Shown here piece by piece: positions 1-10,185 of a stretch of DNA of 64,000 bases. The stretch covers positions 17,607-81,606 of the forward strand of contig DAIDAJ010000024.1 in NCBI GenBank assembly GCA_027310665.1, read 5' to 3'. Below the pieces are notes generated by a model. It was not told where the DNA came from. It did not search any database and was given only the letters and a program-made list of their open reading frames with translations. This DNA comes from Sideroxydans sp. (GTDB taxonomy: Bacteria; Pseudomonadota; Gammaproteobacteria; Burkholderiales; Gallionellaceae). The translations under genes and the position numbers were made by a program. The stretch's first letter is position 1. The number at the start of each line of letters is the position of its first letter.

Positions 1-81
1 ACGCGACCGCCCAACGGCGCGGGACGAGAATCAGGCTATGAAAACAACGACGATGAAATCAGCAGGCGGACTCGTCCCGTA

Positions 82-465
82 TCAGGCGCGGACGAGAGGC
101 GGGGGGACCAGCGGAGCGGAAACCAGGGAATCAAAGGCAACCAGATAGGGAGTGATTTCACTTGCGGCGGTTTGCACGGGGATCATTTCAATGCCGGGTA
201 CAGCGAGGTAACCGGTGCAGGCCAGATGGCAGACACCGCAAGCGTCGCAGGACGAGCCATGTTCAGCCGTTGCAGCGTGCATCTTGCAAGGTGACTGATG
301 ATGTCCTGCCATGCCGTCATGCGACATCATGTGGGCCGCGGCAGCTTCGTGGCTTTTACCTTGCTGCATCTGCATGGACACCGTTGCCGCAAGCGCGCTG
401 CCGCTGAAAAGCGGCAACCATAGCAGCAAGAACAGTGCGATAAATTTTCTGGATGACCGGAACAT
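82..465 (-). CDS. Small exported His/Cys/Met-rich putative metal-binding protein (CopL/DUF2946-like)
   Basis: N-terminal signal peptide, His/Met-rich middle, CxxCxxCH cluster (SCDACGVCHLAC) and C-terminal PPP motif. Confidence 0.55.
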   Translation of the reverse strand: MFRSSRKFIALFLLLWLPLFSGSALAATVSMQMQQGKSHEAAAAHMMSHDGMAGHHQSPCKMHAATAEHGSSCDACGVCHLACTGYLAVPGIEMIPVQTAASEITPYLVAFDSLVSAPLVPPPLVRA

Positions 466-634
466 ATTTACAGTGTGGCGAATTACCGCTCACTAGTCAA
501 ATGCCCGCAGCCCAATACTGTAGCCAACCGGTCTGGCTCAGTCGTCTCCATTGCAGGAATATATCCATTGTCAGCGAAACGCGCTGCGGTTAAAGTTAGC
601 GCTATCCACACACAAGAATTAAAGAGAGAAGAAG

Positions 635-3214
635 ATGGCAATATTGATCATAGTGGTGCTGGTTGTGGCCTTATTGCTGGCCTTCTTCCGCTCTTCCATC
701 TGGGGATGGCTGATCGCTTTCGCCGTACTCGTGCCGCTGGTGGCGATGGTAAGCCGCATTTCCGACGGAGCCCTGCAAACGGTCTACATCGCGCTCGGCA
801 TCTTCCTCGCCGTCCTGGGTATTCCCGCATTGCGCCGCCTGCTGGTCAGCGGCTTCATACTCGGTATCTTCCGCAAAATACTGCCGCAGGTTTCACAGAC
901 CGAGCAAGAGGCGCTGGACGCCGGCACGGTGGGCTGGGACGGCGAACTGTTCAGCGGCAACCCCCACTGGAGGCAACTGCTGGACTTGCCCAAGACCGGG
1001 TTGAGCGAACGCGAGCAAGCTTTTCTCGATAACGAAGTAGAACAGCTTTGCGCGATGGTGGACGACTGGGACGTCACCCACACACGGCAGGACTTGTCGC
1101 CGGAAGCCTGGCAGTTCATCAAGGACAAGGGTTTCTTCGGCATGATCATCCCGCAGGAATACGGCGGCCTGGAATTTTCCGCCCAGGCGCAATCGGCGGT
1201 GGTGGCCAAAGTGGCCTCGCGTAGCGGCACGGCGGCGGTGACGGTGATGGTGCCCAATTCGCTGGGGCCGGCCGAATTGCTGCTGCATTACGGCACGCAG
1301 GAACAAAAGGAAAAGTACTTGCGCAACCTTGCATGCGGCAAGGAAATCCCATGCTTCGCCCTGACCGGCCCGTTCGCAGGTTCGGACGCGGGTGCGATCC
1401 CCGATTACGGCATCGTCTGTTACGGGGACTTCAACGGACACAGCAACGTGCTCGGCGTGCGCGTCACCTGGGAGAAGCGCTACATCACGCTGGCCCCGGT
1501 GGCGACGCTGCTCGGTCTGGCGTTCAAGCTTTTCGATCCGCAAAACCTGCTGGGCGCCGAAGTGTCGCGCGGCATCACGCTGGCGCTGATCCCGACGGAC
1601 ACGCCCGGAGTGAATGTGGGCCGTCGCCACTTCCCGCTCAATTCCGCTTTCCTGAACGGTCCGACCACGGGCAAGGAAGTATTCATTCCCATGGACTACA
1701 TCATCGGCGGCACCATGCGCATCGGACAGGGCTGGCGCATGCTGATGGAATGCCTCGCGGCAGGGCGATCCATCTCCCTGCCTGCCAGCGCGACGGGCGG
1801 CGTCAAACTGGCGGCGCGCACCAGCGGTGCCTATTGCCGCGTGCGCAAACAGTTCAAGGTGCCGGTGGGCAAGTTCGAAGGCGTGGAAGAGGCGTTGACC
1901 CGCATCGGCGGGAATCTTTATGTGATGGATGCGGCACGCACGATGACGGCGCAGGCGGTGGATCTGGGCGGCAAACCGTCCGTGATCTCCGCCATCGTCA
2001 AATACCATTGCACCGAGCGCGGCCGTATCGCCATCAACGATGCGATGGACGTGCACGGGGGCAAGGGGATATGCCTGGGGCCGGACAATTATCTGGGCCG
2101 CGCCTATCAGCAGACCCCGATCGGCATCACGGTGGAAGGGGCAAATATCCTCACGCGCAGCCTGATCATATTCGGGCAGGGTGCCGTGCGCTCGCATCCT
2201 TACGTGCTGAAAGAGATCCATGCCGCGCACGATGAGGACACCAAAAGAGCCGTACGCGAATTCGATGCCGCCCTGTTCGGGCATATCAGTTTCAGCCTGA
2301 GCAATGCGGTACGCAGCCTGGTCTACGGCCTGACCGGCGGGCACATCATCGGTGTGCCGACCGAGCAACCGACCAAGGGCTACTATCAGGCGCTGACGCG
2401 CTATTCAGCAGCGTTCGCTTTTGCTTCGGACGTTTCCATGCTCGTGCTGGGGGGCGGACTCAAACGCCGCGAGAAGCTGTCCGCCCGTCTCGGCGACGTA
2501 TTGAGCCAGATGTATCTCTGCTCCGCGGTGCTGAAACGCTTCGAGGACGACGGTCGTCCGGAAGAAGACCTGCCGCTGTTGCACTGGGGGATGCAGGACG
2601 GTCTGTATCGTATCCAGACTGCGCTGGACGGCGTGCTGCAGAACTTTCCCAGCCGCCTTGCCGCGCTGGTGTTGCGCGTCATGATCTTCCCGCTGGGACA
2701 ATGGCGCAGGCCGCCCAGCGACCATATTGGCCATCAGGTTGCATCCCTGTTGCTCAAGCCCGGTGCGGCGCGCGATCGCCTGACTGCGGGCATGTTCATC
2801 CCGAAGGCGCATCGTAATGCGCCTTCCCCTCTCCTCAATCCTGAAGAAACTACTAGCCATTCGACTAAGCCCGCAAGCGGGCAAGTCGCTGGTTATCTCC
2901 CGCAAGCGGGCGACGGGGCAAACGAATCGCTGCGCGACTCTCCCACTTACGACGAGAAAGATGCCGTCGGTGCGCTGGAAGCCGCGCTTGCCAGCACCCT
3001 GGTGTGTGAACCGTTGCAGGCAGTCCTGGAAAAGGCGCGCAAGGAAGGCAGGATCAAAGCGCGCGAAGAGCTGCAACAGATCTCCGAGGCGCGCGAACTA
3101 GGCTACATCGATGCCGGACAGGCGCAGCAGCTGGAACGCGATTACGCCTTGCGCCGCAAGGTCATCATGGTGGACGACTTCGCTCCGGAAACATTGAGGG
3201 CAAACCAGGGATGA
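635..3214 (+). CDS. fadE: Acyl-CoA dehydrogenase, FadE type
   Basis: N-terminal TM segment; VMVPNSLGP, CFALTGPFAGSDAGAI and ITVEGANILTR motifs; carries an in-frame repeat-derived insert near the C-terminus. Confidence 0.93.
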   Translation: MAILIIVVLVVALLLAFFRSSIWGWLIAFAVLVPLVAMVSRISDGALQTVYIALGIFLAVLGIPALRRLLVSGFILGIFRKILPQVSQTEQEALDAGTVGWDGELFSGNPHWRQLLDLPKTGLSEREQAFLDNEVEQLCAMVDDWDVTHTRQDLSPEAWQFIKDKGFFGMIIPQEYGGLEFSAQAQSAVVAKVASRSGTAAVTVMVPNSLGPAELLLHYGTQEQKEKYLRNLACGKEIPCFALTGPFAGSDAGAIPDYGIVCYGDFNGHSNVLGVRVTWEKRYITLAPVATLLGLAFKLFDPQNLLGAEVSRGITLALIPTDTPGVNVGRRHFPLNSAFLNGPTTGKEVFIPMDYIIGGTMRIGQGWRMLMECLAAGRSISLPASATGGVKLAARTSGAYCRVRKQFKVPVGKFEGVEEALTRIGGNLYVMDAARTMTAQAVDLGGKPSVISAIVKYHCTERGRIAINDAMDVHGGKGICLGPDNYLGRAYQQTPIGITVEGANILTRSLIIFGQGAVRSHPYVLKEIHAAHDEDTKRAVREFDAALFGHISFSLSNAVRSLVYGLTGGHIIGVPTEQPTKGYYQALTRYSAAFAFASDVSMLVLGGGLKRREKLSARLGDVLSQMYLCSAVLKRFEDDGRPEEDLPLLHWGMQDGLYRIQTALDGVLQNFPSRLAALVLRVMIFPLGQWRRPPSDHIGHQVASLLLKPGAARDRLTAGMFIPKAHRNAPSPLLNPEETTSHSTKPASGQVAGYLPQAGDGANESLRDSPTYDEKDAVGALEAALASTLVCEPLQAVLEKARKEGRIKAREELQQISEARELGYIDAGQAQQLERDYALRRKVIMVDDFAPETLRANQG
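2826..2924 (+). repeat. Nested palindromic elements inserted in-frame in fadE (45-nt outer element split by a 54-nt inner hairpin element)
   Basis: Outer halves 2826-2841 and 2896-2924 align with the intact element at 14139-14183 (36/45 identical by hand). Inner 2842-2895 contains CGACT..GCCCGC-AA-GCGGGC..AGTCG. Confidence 0.75.
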
Positions 3215-4038
3215 CCGGCCTGCGCGACAAGGTGGTCTTCATCACCGGATCCAGCCGCGGCATCGGACGCGAGATCGCGTTGCGATGCGCACGCGACGGA
3301 GCACTAGTGGTCATCACCGGCAAGACGGTTGAGACGCATCCCAAGCTGCCCGGAACCATACACAGCGTGGCGGAAGAAGCGGTCGCCGCGGGCGGCCAGG
3401 CGCTGGCGATCCAGCTCGACGTGCGCGACGAGCAAGCCATTCACGCGGCGGTCGAGCAGGCGGCAGCGCACTTCGGCGGCATCGACGTGCTGGTCAACAA
3501 TGCCAGTGCCATCAGTCTTACCCCCACGCTGCAAACTCCCGCCAAGCGTCTCGACCTGATGTGGGACGTGAACATGCGCGCGACCTTTCTTGCATCGCAA
3601 GCCTGCATCCCGCATCTCCGGAAAGCGGCGAACCCGCATATCCTGACGCTGTCGCCGCCGCTCAATTTCGAGGCGAAATGGTTTGCGCCGCATGTCGCCT
3701 ATTCCATCTCCAAATTCGGCATGAGCCTGTGCGCCCTGGGCATGGCGAAGGAGTTCGCGGACGACGGCATCGCCGTGAATTGCCTGTGGCCGCGCACCAC
3801 CATCGCCACCGCCGCCATCGAATTCAATTTTCCCGAAGCCATTCTTCGTGCCTCGCGCAAGCCCGCCATCGTGGCCGATGCGGCGCATGCGATTCTGCTG
3901 CGCGACAGCAGGACATTCAGCGGCCATTTTTTCATCGACGATGAAGTGCTGCGTGCCGAAGGCGTGAAAGACTTTGAAAAGTATGCGGTCAGCCCGGGCG
4001 AGCGGCTGTTCGGCGATCTGTTCTTGTCGCAACCATAA
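3211..4038 (+). CDS. Short-chain dehydrogenase/reductase (HSDL2-like)
   Basis: TGSSRGIG glycine motif, NNAS, YSISK catalytic motif; ATGA overlap with fadE. Confidence 0.9.
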   Translation: MTGLRDKVVFITGSSRGIGREIALRCARDGALVVITGKTVETHPKLPGTIHSVAEEAVAAGGQALAIQLDVRDEQAIHAAVEQAAAHFGGIDVLVNNASAISLTPTLQTPAKRLDLMWDVNMRATFLASQACIPHLRKAANPHILTLSPPLNFEAKWFAPHVAYSISKFGMSLCALGMAKEFADDGIAVNCLWPRTTIATAAIEFNFPEAILRASRKPAIVADAAHAILLRDSRTFSGHFFIDDEVLRAEGVKDFEKYAVSPGERLFGDLFLSQP

Positions 4039-4060
4039 TAATAAAACGGGAGTCGGGGGA

Positions 4061-5869
4061 ATGAATCCAGCAGAAAAAGAAGACGTGATATCGCCACAGC
4101 AGGCGGTGACTTTGCACGGCCTGTTCCTGGAACGGGTGCGCCGCTCGCGGGACAAGATCGCCTACCGGTATTTCGACAACCGGCAATCGGTCTGGGTCGA
4201 CCTGAGCTGGGGGCAGATGCTCGAACAGGTGGCGCGCTGGCAGGCGGCTTTGGCGCAGGAGGGACTGGCCAAGGGCGACCGTGTGGCGCTCATGCTGCGC
4301 AATTGCCCGCAATGGGTCATGTTCGACCAGGCCGCGATGTCGCTGGGTTTGGTCGTGGTGCCGCTGTACACGGTGGATCGGGCCGAAAACATCGCCTACA
4401 TCGTGAACGACGCACAAGTGAGAGTCGTGCTGTTCGAGACCGCCGAGCAATGGCAGGAACTCAGCGGCGTGGTGGGCCAGATGGGCTGTGTGCAACGCTT
4501 CATCTCGCTGGACGACTTCAAGAGCCAGGAGGAGCGTCTGGTTCCGGCCGCGAAATACCTGCACACGCAGTCGGTCGAACTGCTGCCCGCCGTCCCGTGC
4601 GAGAGCGGTGAACTGGCGAGCATCATCTACACGTCTGGCACCACAGGCAAGCCCAAAGGCGTGATGCTGAGCCACTCCAACATGCTGAGCAATATTTACG
4701 ACGGCATGGCCACGTTCGCGGTCTACAAGAGCGACCTGATGCTTTCGTTCCTGCCGTTATCCCACACGTTCGAACGCACCTGCGGCTATTACATGCAGGT
4801 GATGACGGCAGCGACGGTCGCCTATGCGCGGTCCATTCCCCTGCTGTCGGAAGACCTGCAAATCATACGCCCGACGCTGCTGATCTCCGTGCCGCGCATC
4901 TACGAGCGCATCTACGGCGCGATCAATACGAAGCTGAGGGAAGGTTCGCCGCTCAAGCGCATGTTGTTCAAGCTGGCCGTGGATGTGGGCTGGTCGCGCT
5001 TTCAATACCGGCAGGGACGGGGAGGCTGGAAACCCTCGTTCCTGTTGTGGCCCCTGCTGCAGAAGCTGGTGGCGCAAAAGATCATGGACAGGCTCGGCGG
5101 ACGCTTGCGCACTGCCGTCACCAGCGGTGCGGCGCTCGCGCCGGAGATCTCGCGCATGTTCATCGGCCTGGGGCTGCCGGTGGTGCAGGGCTACGGACTC
5201 ACCGAGACCAGCCCCATCGTGGCGGGCAACAAGCTGGACAACAACTTCCCGGACAGCGTAGGGCAACCGATACGCGGGGTGCAGGTGAAGGTGGGCGAGC
5301 AGAGTGCGCTGCTGGTGAAGGGGCCGAACGTGATGATGGGTTACTGGAACAACCCCGAGGCGACCCGGGCCATGATCGATGCGGATGGCTGGCTGAACAC
5401 GGGCGACACCGCGCGCATCAGCGAAACGGGGCACATCTATATCACCGGGCGCCTGAAGGAGATCATCGTGCTGTCCAACGGGGAAAAGATGCCGCCCGCC
5501 GACATCGAGGCCGCCATCCTGCATGATCCCCTGATCGACCAGGTGATGATATGCGGCGAGGCGCGGCCGTACCTGGTTGCACTGGCCGTGCTCAATCCGG
5601 AAGTGTGGCCGGCCATCGCTGCGAAAGTCGGCGTGCGGCCGGACATGCCGGAATCGCTGACCGACAGCAATGTGGAAGCCAAGGTGTTGCGGCGTATCGC
5701 GCGCAACATGAGCGAGTTTCCCGGCTATGCCAATGTGCATCGCGTATTGCTGTTGCGAGAGCCGTGGACCATAGACAACGGCCTGCTGACGCCGACACTG
5801 AAACTCAAGCGTGCCGTCGTCGCGCAACGATTTGCGGCGCAGATCGACGAACTTTACAAGGGACATTGA
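4061..5869 (+). CDS. Long-chain fatty-acid--CoA ligase (AMP-dependent synthetase)
   Basis: YTSGTTGKPKG, QGYGLTET, GWLNTGD and LLTPTLKLKR motifs. Start placed at ATG 4061, not the ORF-track start. Confidence 0.92.
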   Translation: MNPAEKEDVISPQQAVTLHGLFLERVRRSRDKIAYRYFDNRQSVWVDLSWGQMLEQVARWQAALAQEGLAKGDRVALMLRNCPQWVMFDQAAMSLGLVVVPLYTVDRAENIAYIVNDAQVRVVLFETAEQWQELSGVVGQMGCVQRFISLDDFKSQEERLVPAAKYLHTQSVELLPAVPCESGELASIIYTSGTTGKPKGVMLSHSNMLSNIYDGMATFAVYKSDLMLSFLPLSHTFERTCGYYMQVMTAATVAYARSIPLLSEDLQIIRPTLLISVPRIYERIYGAINTKLREGSPLKRMLFKLAVDVGWSRFQYRQGRGGWKPSFLLWPLLQKLVAQKIMDRLGGRLRTAVTSGAALAPEISRMFIGLGLPVVQGYGLTETSPIVAGNKLDNNFPDSVGQPIRGVQVKVGEQSALLVKGPNVMMGYWNNPEATRAMIDADGWLNTGDTARISETGHIYITGRLKEIIVLSNGEKMPPADIEAAILHDPLIDQVMICGEARPYLVALAVLNPEVWPAIAAKVGVRPDMPESLTDSNVEAKVLRRIARNMSEFPGYANVHRVLLLREPWTIDNGLLTPTLKLKRAVVAQRFAAQIDELYKGH

Positions 5870-5872
5870 ACG

Positions 5873-6274
5873 ATGAATACAACAGCAGCAGCAACACTAC
5901 CGGATCGCCAGCCCACCTTGCGCGTGGCGGCGATGCCTTCGGACGCGAACTACACGGGAGATATCTTCGGCGGCTGGTTGATGGGGCAGGTCGACATCGC
6001 CGGCAGCATCCCGGCGGTACACCGCGCCAAGGGCAGGGTGGCAACGATAGCGGTCAATTCGTTCGTGTTCAAACAGCCCATCTTTGTCGGCGATATCGTC
6101 AGCTTTTACGCCAGGATATTGAAGGTCGGGACGACTTCGGTCACTGTGGATGTCGAAGTCTTTGTGCAGCGCGACCCCGAGAATCCGACCTGTCTCAAGG
6201 TGACCGAAGCGACCCTGACTTATGTCGCGGTGGGTGAGGATCGCAAGCCGCGGCCCTTGCCGCCCCAGGAATAA
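5873..6274 (+). CDS. Acyl-CoA thioesterase (YciA-like hotdog fold)
   Basis: MPSDAN..GDIFGGWLMGQVDIAG signature. Confidence 0.9.
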   Translation: MNTTAAATLPDRQPTLRVAAMPSDANYTGDIFGGWLMGQVDIAGSIPAVHRAKGRVATIAVNSFVFKQPIFVGDIVSFYARILKVGTTSVTVDVEVFVQRDPENPTCLKVTEATLTYVAVGEDRKPRPLPPQE

Positions 6275-6327
6275 CAAGTCCCATCTTGCAGCAGATAAAT
6301 TGTTTTAGTCCCAGGAGAGATTGAGTC

Positions 6328-7620
6328 ATGAAGTTATACAGATCGTTGATCGCCATGTCCGTGACGGGCGCATTGGTGGCAATGTCGGGAAATGCGGCCG
6401 CGGCCGCGTTCGCCTTGATCGAACAAAGCAGCGGGCTGGGCAATGCCTTTGCCGGCGGTGCCGCGGGCGCAGAAGATGCGACCACCATCTTTTTCAACCC
6501 GGCCGGCATGTCCCGGCTGAAGGGCAACCAGGTGACCGTTGCCGGCAGCCTGATCCAGCCCTCGATCAAATTCTCCAACACAGGATCGACGGGTGCAGCG
6601 CTGCAGCCATTCGGCGACAATGGGGGCGATGCAGGCAGCCTGGTGCTGGTGCCCAACACCTATCTGGTGATGGAAGTCGAGCCTGCCCTGCGCTTCGGCC
6701 TGAGTATCAATTCCCCGTTCGGTTTGCAGACCCAATATGACCCGACCTGGGTCGGACGCTTTCAGGCGATCAACTCCAGGATTCGAACCGTCAACCTGAA
6801 TCCCTCGTTTTCATACGAGATGAACGACTATGTCAGCCTCGGAATCGGTCTGAGCTATCAGCACATCACCGGCGATCTTTCCAATGCGGTGAACTACAGC
6901 GCTGCGGCAGGCGGCGGGCTGGGGCCCAACCTGGAAGGGGTCAGTTCGATGAGCGGCAGCGATTCGGCCTGGGGCTACAACTTCGGGGTCCTGTTCAATG
7001 TCGCGCCGGATACCCGCATCGGGCTGTCGTATCGCTCGAAGATCAACTACAACCTGAATGGCTCGGTTAGCTTCAGCAATGTCCCTGCTGCACTGCAGGG
7101 GCAGGCGGCACTTCAGAACGGCAATGTGTCGCTGCCGATCAGCATGCCCGATATGGCCTCGATCAGCGGCTTTCATCAATTGAACGACAAGTGGGACGTG
7201 ATGGCCGATGCAAGCTGGACGGGTTGGAGTGTCATGCAACAACTGGTGGTCAGCCGTGCCAACGGAAGCGTCTTGCAGTCAACCCCGGAAAACTGGACCA
7301 ACACCTGGCGTTTCAGCCTGGGGTCGACCTATCACTACAACGAACAATGGCTGGCTCGCATCGGCGTGGCCTATGACCAGACGCCGGTGCCCGCTGCCTA
7401 CCTGACGGCGCGCATTCCCGACAACAGCCGCACCTGGCTGACGTTCGGAGGCCAGTACAAGGTATCGGATAGCAGCAAGGTGGATTTCGGATACGCCCAC
7501 CTGTTCGTCAAGGACACTTCCATCGCCAACAACCAGACCGCAACGGGCGCGGGCGATCTGGTAGGCATCTACAGCAGCAGCATCAATATCGTGACGGTGC
7601 AGTACGCATATAATTTCTGA
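6328..7620 (+). CDS. fadL: Outer-membrane long-chain fatty-acid transporter (FadL/OmpP1 family)
   Basis: Signal peptide, GNAFAG..AEDATTIFFNPAGM hatch motif, C-terminal aromatic residue. Confidence 0.92.
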   Translation: MKLYRSLIAMSVTGALVAMSGNAAAAAFALIEQSSGLGNAFAGGAAGAEDATTIFFNPAGMSRLKGNQVTVAGSLIQPSIKFSNTGSTGAALQPFGDNGGDAGSLVLVPNTYLVMEVEPALRFGLSINSPFGLQTQYDPTWVGRFQAINSRIRTVNLNPSFSYEMNDYVSLGIGLSYQHITGDLSNAVNYSAAAGGGLGPNLEGVSSMSGSDSAWGYNFGVLFNVAPDTRIGLSYRSKINYNLNGSVSFSNVPAALQGQAALQNGNVSLPISMPDMASISGFHQLNDKWDVMADASWTGWSVMQQLVVSRANGSVLQSTPENWTNTWRFSLGSTYHYNEQWLARIGVAYDQTPVPAAYLTARIPDNSRTWLTFGGQYKVSDSSKVDFGYAHLFVKDTSIANNQTATGAGDLVGIYSSSINIVTVQYAYNF

Positions 7621-7633
7621 TCGTCTTCGGCAG

Positions 7634-7661
7634 GTGGCGGGATTTTGCCCGCCGCTTTTTT
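7634..7661 (+). terminator. Intrinsic terminator-like hairpin after fadL
   Basis: GTGGCGGG-attttg-CCCGCCGC followed by T6. Confidence 0.65.
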
Positions 7662-7685
7662 CAGCATAAATTCGGGAGTATCGCG

Positions 7686-10184
7686 ATGGGCAATCATCTG
7701 AATGTTCGTAAGGCTGCCGTTCTCGGCGCAGGCGTGATGGGCGCGCAGATCGCCGCGCACCTGGTCAATGCCAATGTGGAGACGCTGCTGTTCGAGTTGC
7801 CCGCGAAGGAGGGCGACCCGAACGGCAACGTGAACAAGGCGCTGGACGGACTGAAGAAGCTGGAGCCTGCGCCCATCTCCAGCCCGTCCCGGATCACCTA
7901 CATCCAGGCTGCGAATTACGACCAGCACCTGGAGAAGCTGCGCGAGTGCGACCTGATCATCGAAGCCATTGCGGAGCGAATCGACTGGAAATCCGACCTT
8001 TACCGCAAGGTCGCGCCCTATGTCGGCGAGCACGCCATCTTTGCGACCAATACCTCCGGGCTTTCGATCAACCAGCTGTCGCAGGCGTTCCCCGATAACC
8101 TGCGCCACCGTTTCTGCGGCATCCACTTCTTCAACCCGCCGCGCTACATGCACCTGGTCGAGCTGATCCCTTGCGCTGCAACCGAAGCCCCGCTGCTCGA
8201 CCAACTGGAGACCTTCCTCGTCTCGACGCTGGGCAAAGGCGTGGTGCGTGCCAAGGACACGCCCAACTTCATCGCCAACCGCATCGGCGTCTTCTCCATG
8301 CTCGCCACCAAGCATCACGCGGCGGAGTTCAACCTCGGCTTCGACATGGTGGACGCGCTCACGGGGCGCTACCTCGGCCGGCCCAAGAGCGCGACCTTCC
8401 GCACGCTGGATGTGGTCGGCCTGGACGTGTTCGCCCATGTGGTCAACACCATGCGCGAGAACCTGACCGAGGATCCCTGGCACAAGCATTTTGAACTGCC
8501 GAGCTGGTTCAAGTACCTGGTCGACCAGGGTTCCCTGGGGCAGAAGACCAAACGCGGCGTCTACATGAAGATCGGCAAGGAGATCCATGTGCTGGACCTG
8601 CACACCCGGGAATACCGCCTGTCCGATGCCAAGGTGGACGACGGCGTGAAGGACATCCTGCGCGAACGCGACTGGGCGAAGAAACTCGCCGGACTGCGCA
8701 GCAACCCGCATCCGCAGGCGCAATTCCTGTGGGCGACGTTCCGCGACGTGTTCCACTATTGCGCCCTGCAGCTGGAGTCCATCGCGAACAATACGCGAGA
8801 CCTGGACTTGGCCGTGCGCTGGGGTTTCGGCTGGGACAACGGCCCGTTCGAGATCTGGCAGGCCGCAGGCTGGCAGCAAGTGGCAGAGTGGATCAGTGCC
8901 GATATCGCCGCCGGCAAGGCGATGGCAACCACACCGCTGCCCGCGTGGGCGACCTATGCGACACGCCTTGCGGTGCACGGCATGCAGGGATCCTACGCGC
9001 CGGCCACCAATAGCTACCAACCCCGTTCCAACCTCCCGGTCTACCAGCGCCAGCTCTATCCGGACCGGCTCCTCGGCGAGGAGCGCCACTATGGCGAGAC
9101 CGTGTTCGAGACCGACGAAGTGCGCCTGTGGCACACGGGAGACAGCGTCGCCATCCTGAGCTTCAAGAGCAAGATGCACACCGTCAGCAACGAAGTGCTG
9201 GACGGTATCCTGCGTGCGGTGAACGAAGCCGAAGCGCATTTCAGCGCGCTCGTCCTGTGGCAAACCGAGCCGCCGTTCTCGGCTGGGGCCAACCTGCTGC
9301 AACTGATGCAGGGCATGCAGGAACCGGCACCGGACGAAGGACTGTTCGGCCGCTTCAAGCAGGCGGCCAGCCGCGTCAAATACACCATCGCGGGCGGTGG
9401 TGGTTTGAGCGAGATCGTCAATGCAGCCACCGGCAACGTGCCCAAGGTGGAAGCCGTGGTGGCCAAGTTCCAACAGGTCTCGCAGCGCCTCAAATACGCG
9501 CTCGTGCCCACCATCGCCGCGGTGGACGGGCTGGCGCTCGGCGGCGGCTGCGAATTCTCCATCCACTGCACGCGCATCGTCGCCACGCTGGAAACCTACA
9601 TCGGCCTGGTGGAAGTCGGCGTGGGCCTGCTGCCCGCGGGCGGCGGCTGCAAGGAGATGGCGCAGCGCGCGGCACAAGAGGCGCAGCGCTTCGCCAGTGA
9701 CAACCGCGTCGACGTCTTCCCCTACCTGCGCAGATATTTTCAGAACATCGCCATGGGTGAGGTCGCCAAAAGCGCCGAGATGGCACGAGAGATGGGCTAC
9801 CTCAGGCAGTCCGACCGCATCGTGATGAACCGTTTCGAACTGCTGCATATCGCCAAGGAAGAAGCCAGGGCGCTCAACGCCACCGCCTACCGCCCGCCGC
9901 TGCACCAGCGCCAGATCACCGTGGCCGGCCGCACCGGCATCGCCACCCTGCAGGCTGCGATGGTCAACATGCTCGAAGGCAACTTCATCTCCGAATACGA
10001 CTACAACATCGGCAGCCGCGTCGCCGAGACTCTGTGCGGCGGGGATGTGGATTCGGGCAGCGTGGTGGACGAGCAATGGCTGCTCGACCTGGAGCGGCGC
10101 CACTTTATGGAGTTGCTGGGGCACTTCAAGACGCAGGACAGGATCGAATATATGTTGAAGAACGGGAAGCCGTTGAGGAATTGA
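7686..10184 (+). CDS. 3-hydroxyacyl-CoA dehydrogenase / enoyl-CoA hydratase (FadB/FadN-type, dehydrogenase domain first)
   Basis: GAGVMG Rossmann motif, HFFNPPRY, PNFIANRIG, then crotonase motifs FSAGAN and ALGGGCE. Confidence 0.92.
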   Translation: MGNHLNVRKAAVLGAGVMGAQIAAHLVNANVETLLFELPAKEGDPNGNVNKALDGLKKLEPAPISSPSRITYIQAANYDQHLEKLRECDLIIEAIAERIDWKSDLYRKVAPYVGEHAIFATNTSGLSINQLSQAFPDNLRHRFCGIHFFNPPRYMHLVELIPCAATEAPLLDQLETFLVSTLGKGVVRAKDTPNFIANRIGVFSMLATKHHAAEFNLGFDMVDALTGRYLGRPKSATFRTLDVVGLDVFAHVVNTMRENLTEDPWHKHFELPSWFKYLVDQGSLGQKTKRGVYMKIGKEIHVLDLHTREYRLSDAKVDDGVKDILRERDWAKKLAGLRSNPHPQAQFLWATFRDVFHYCALQLESIANNTRDLDLAVRWGFGWDNGPFEIWQAAGWQQVAEWISADIAAGKAMATTPLPAWATYATRLAVHGMQGSYAPATNSYQPRSNLPVYQRQLYPDRLLGEERHYGETVFETDEVRLWHTGDSVAILSFKSKMHTVSNEVLDGILRAVNEAEAHFSALVLWQTEPPFSAGANLLQLMQGMQEPAPDEGLFGRFKQAASRVKYTIAGGGGLSEIVNAATGNVPKVEAVVAKFQQVSQRLKYALVPTIAAVDGLALGGGCEFSIHCTRIVATLETYIGLVEVGVGLLPAGGGCKEMAQRAAQEAQRFASDNRVDVFPYLRRYFQNIAMGEVAKSAEMAREMGYLRQSDRIVMNRFELLHIAKEEARALNATAYRPPLHQRQITVAGRTGIATLQAAMVNMLEGNFISEYDYNIGSRVAETLCGGDVDSGSVVDEQWLLDLERRHFMELLGHFKTQDRIEYMLKNGKPLRN

Positions 10185-10185
10185 T

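Noticed and set aside
7569-10124. 851-aa minus-strand ORF, and similar long antisense ORFs (e.g. 28473-30926, 893-2368, 24743-26290)
   Set aside because: Shadow ORFs opposite well-supported genes in GC-rich DNA, with no recognisable motifs.
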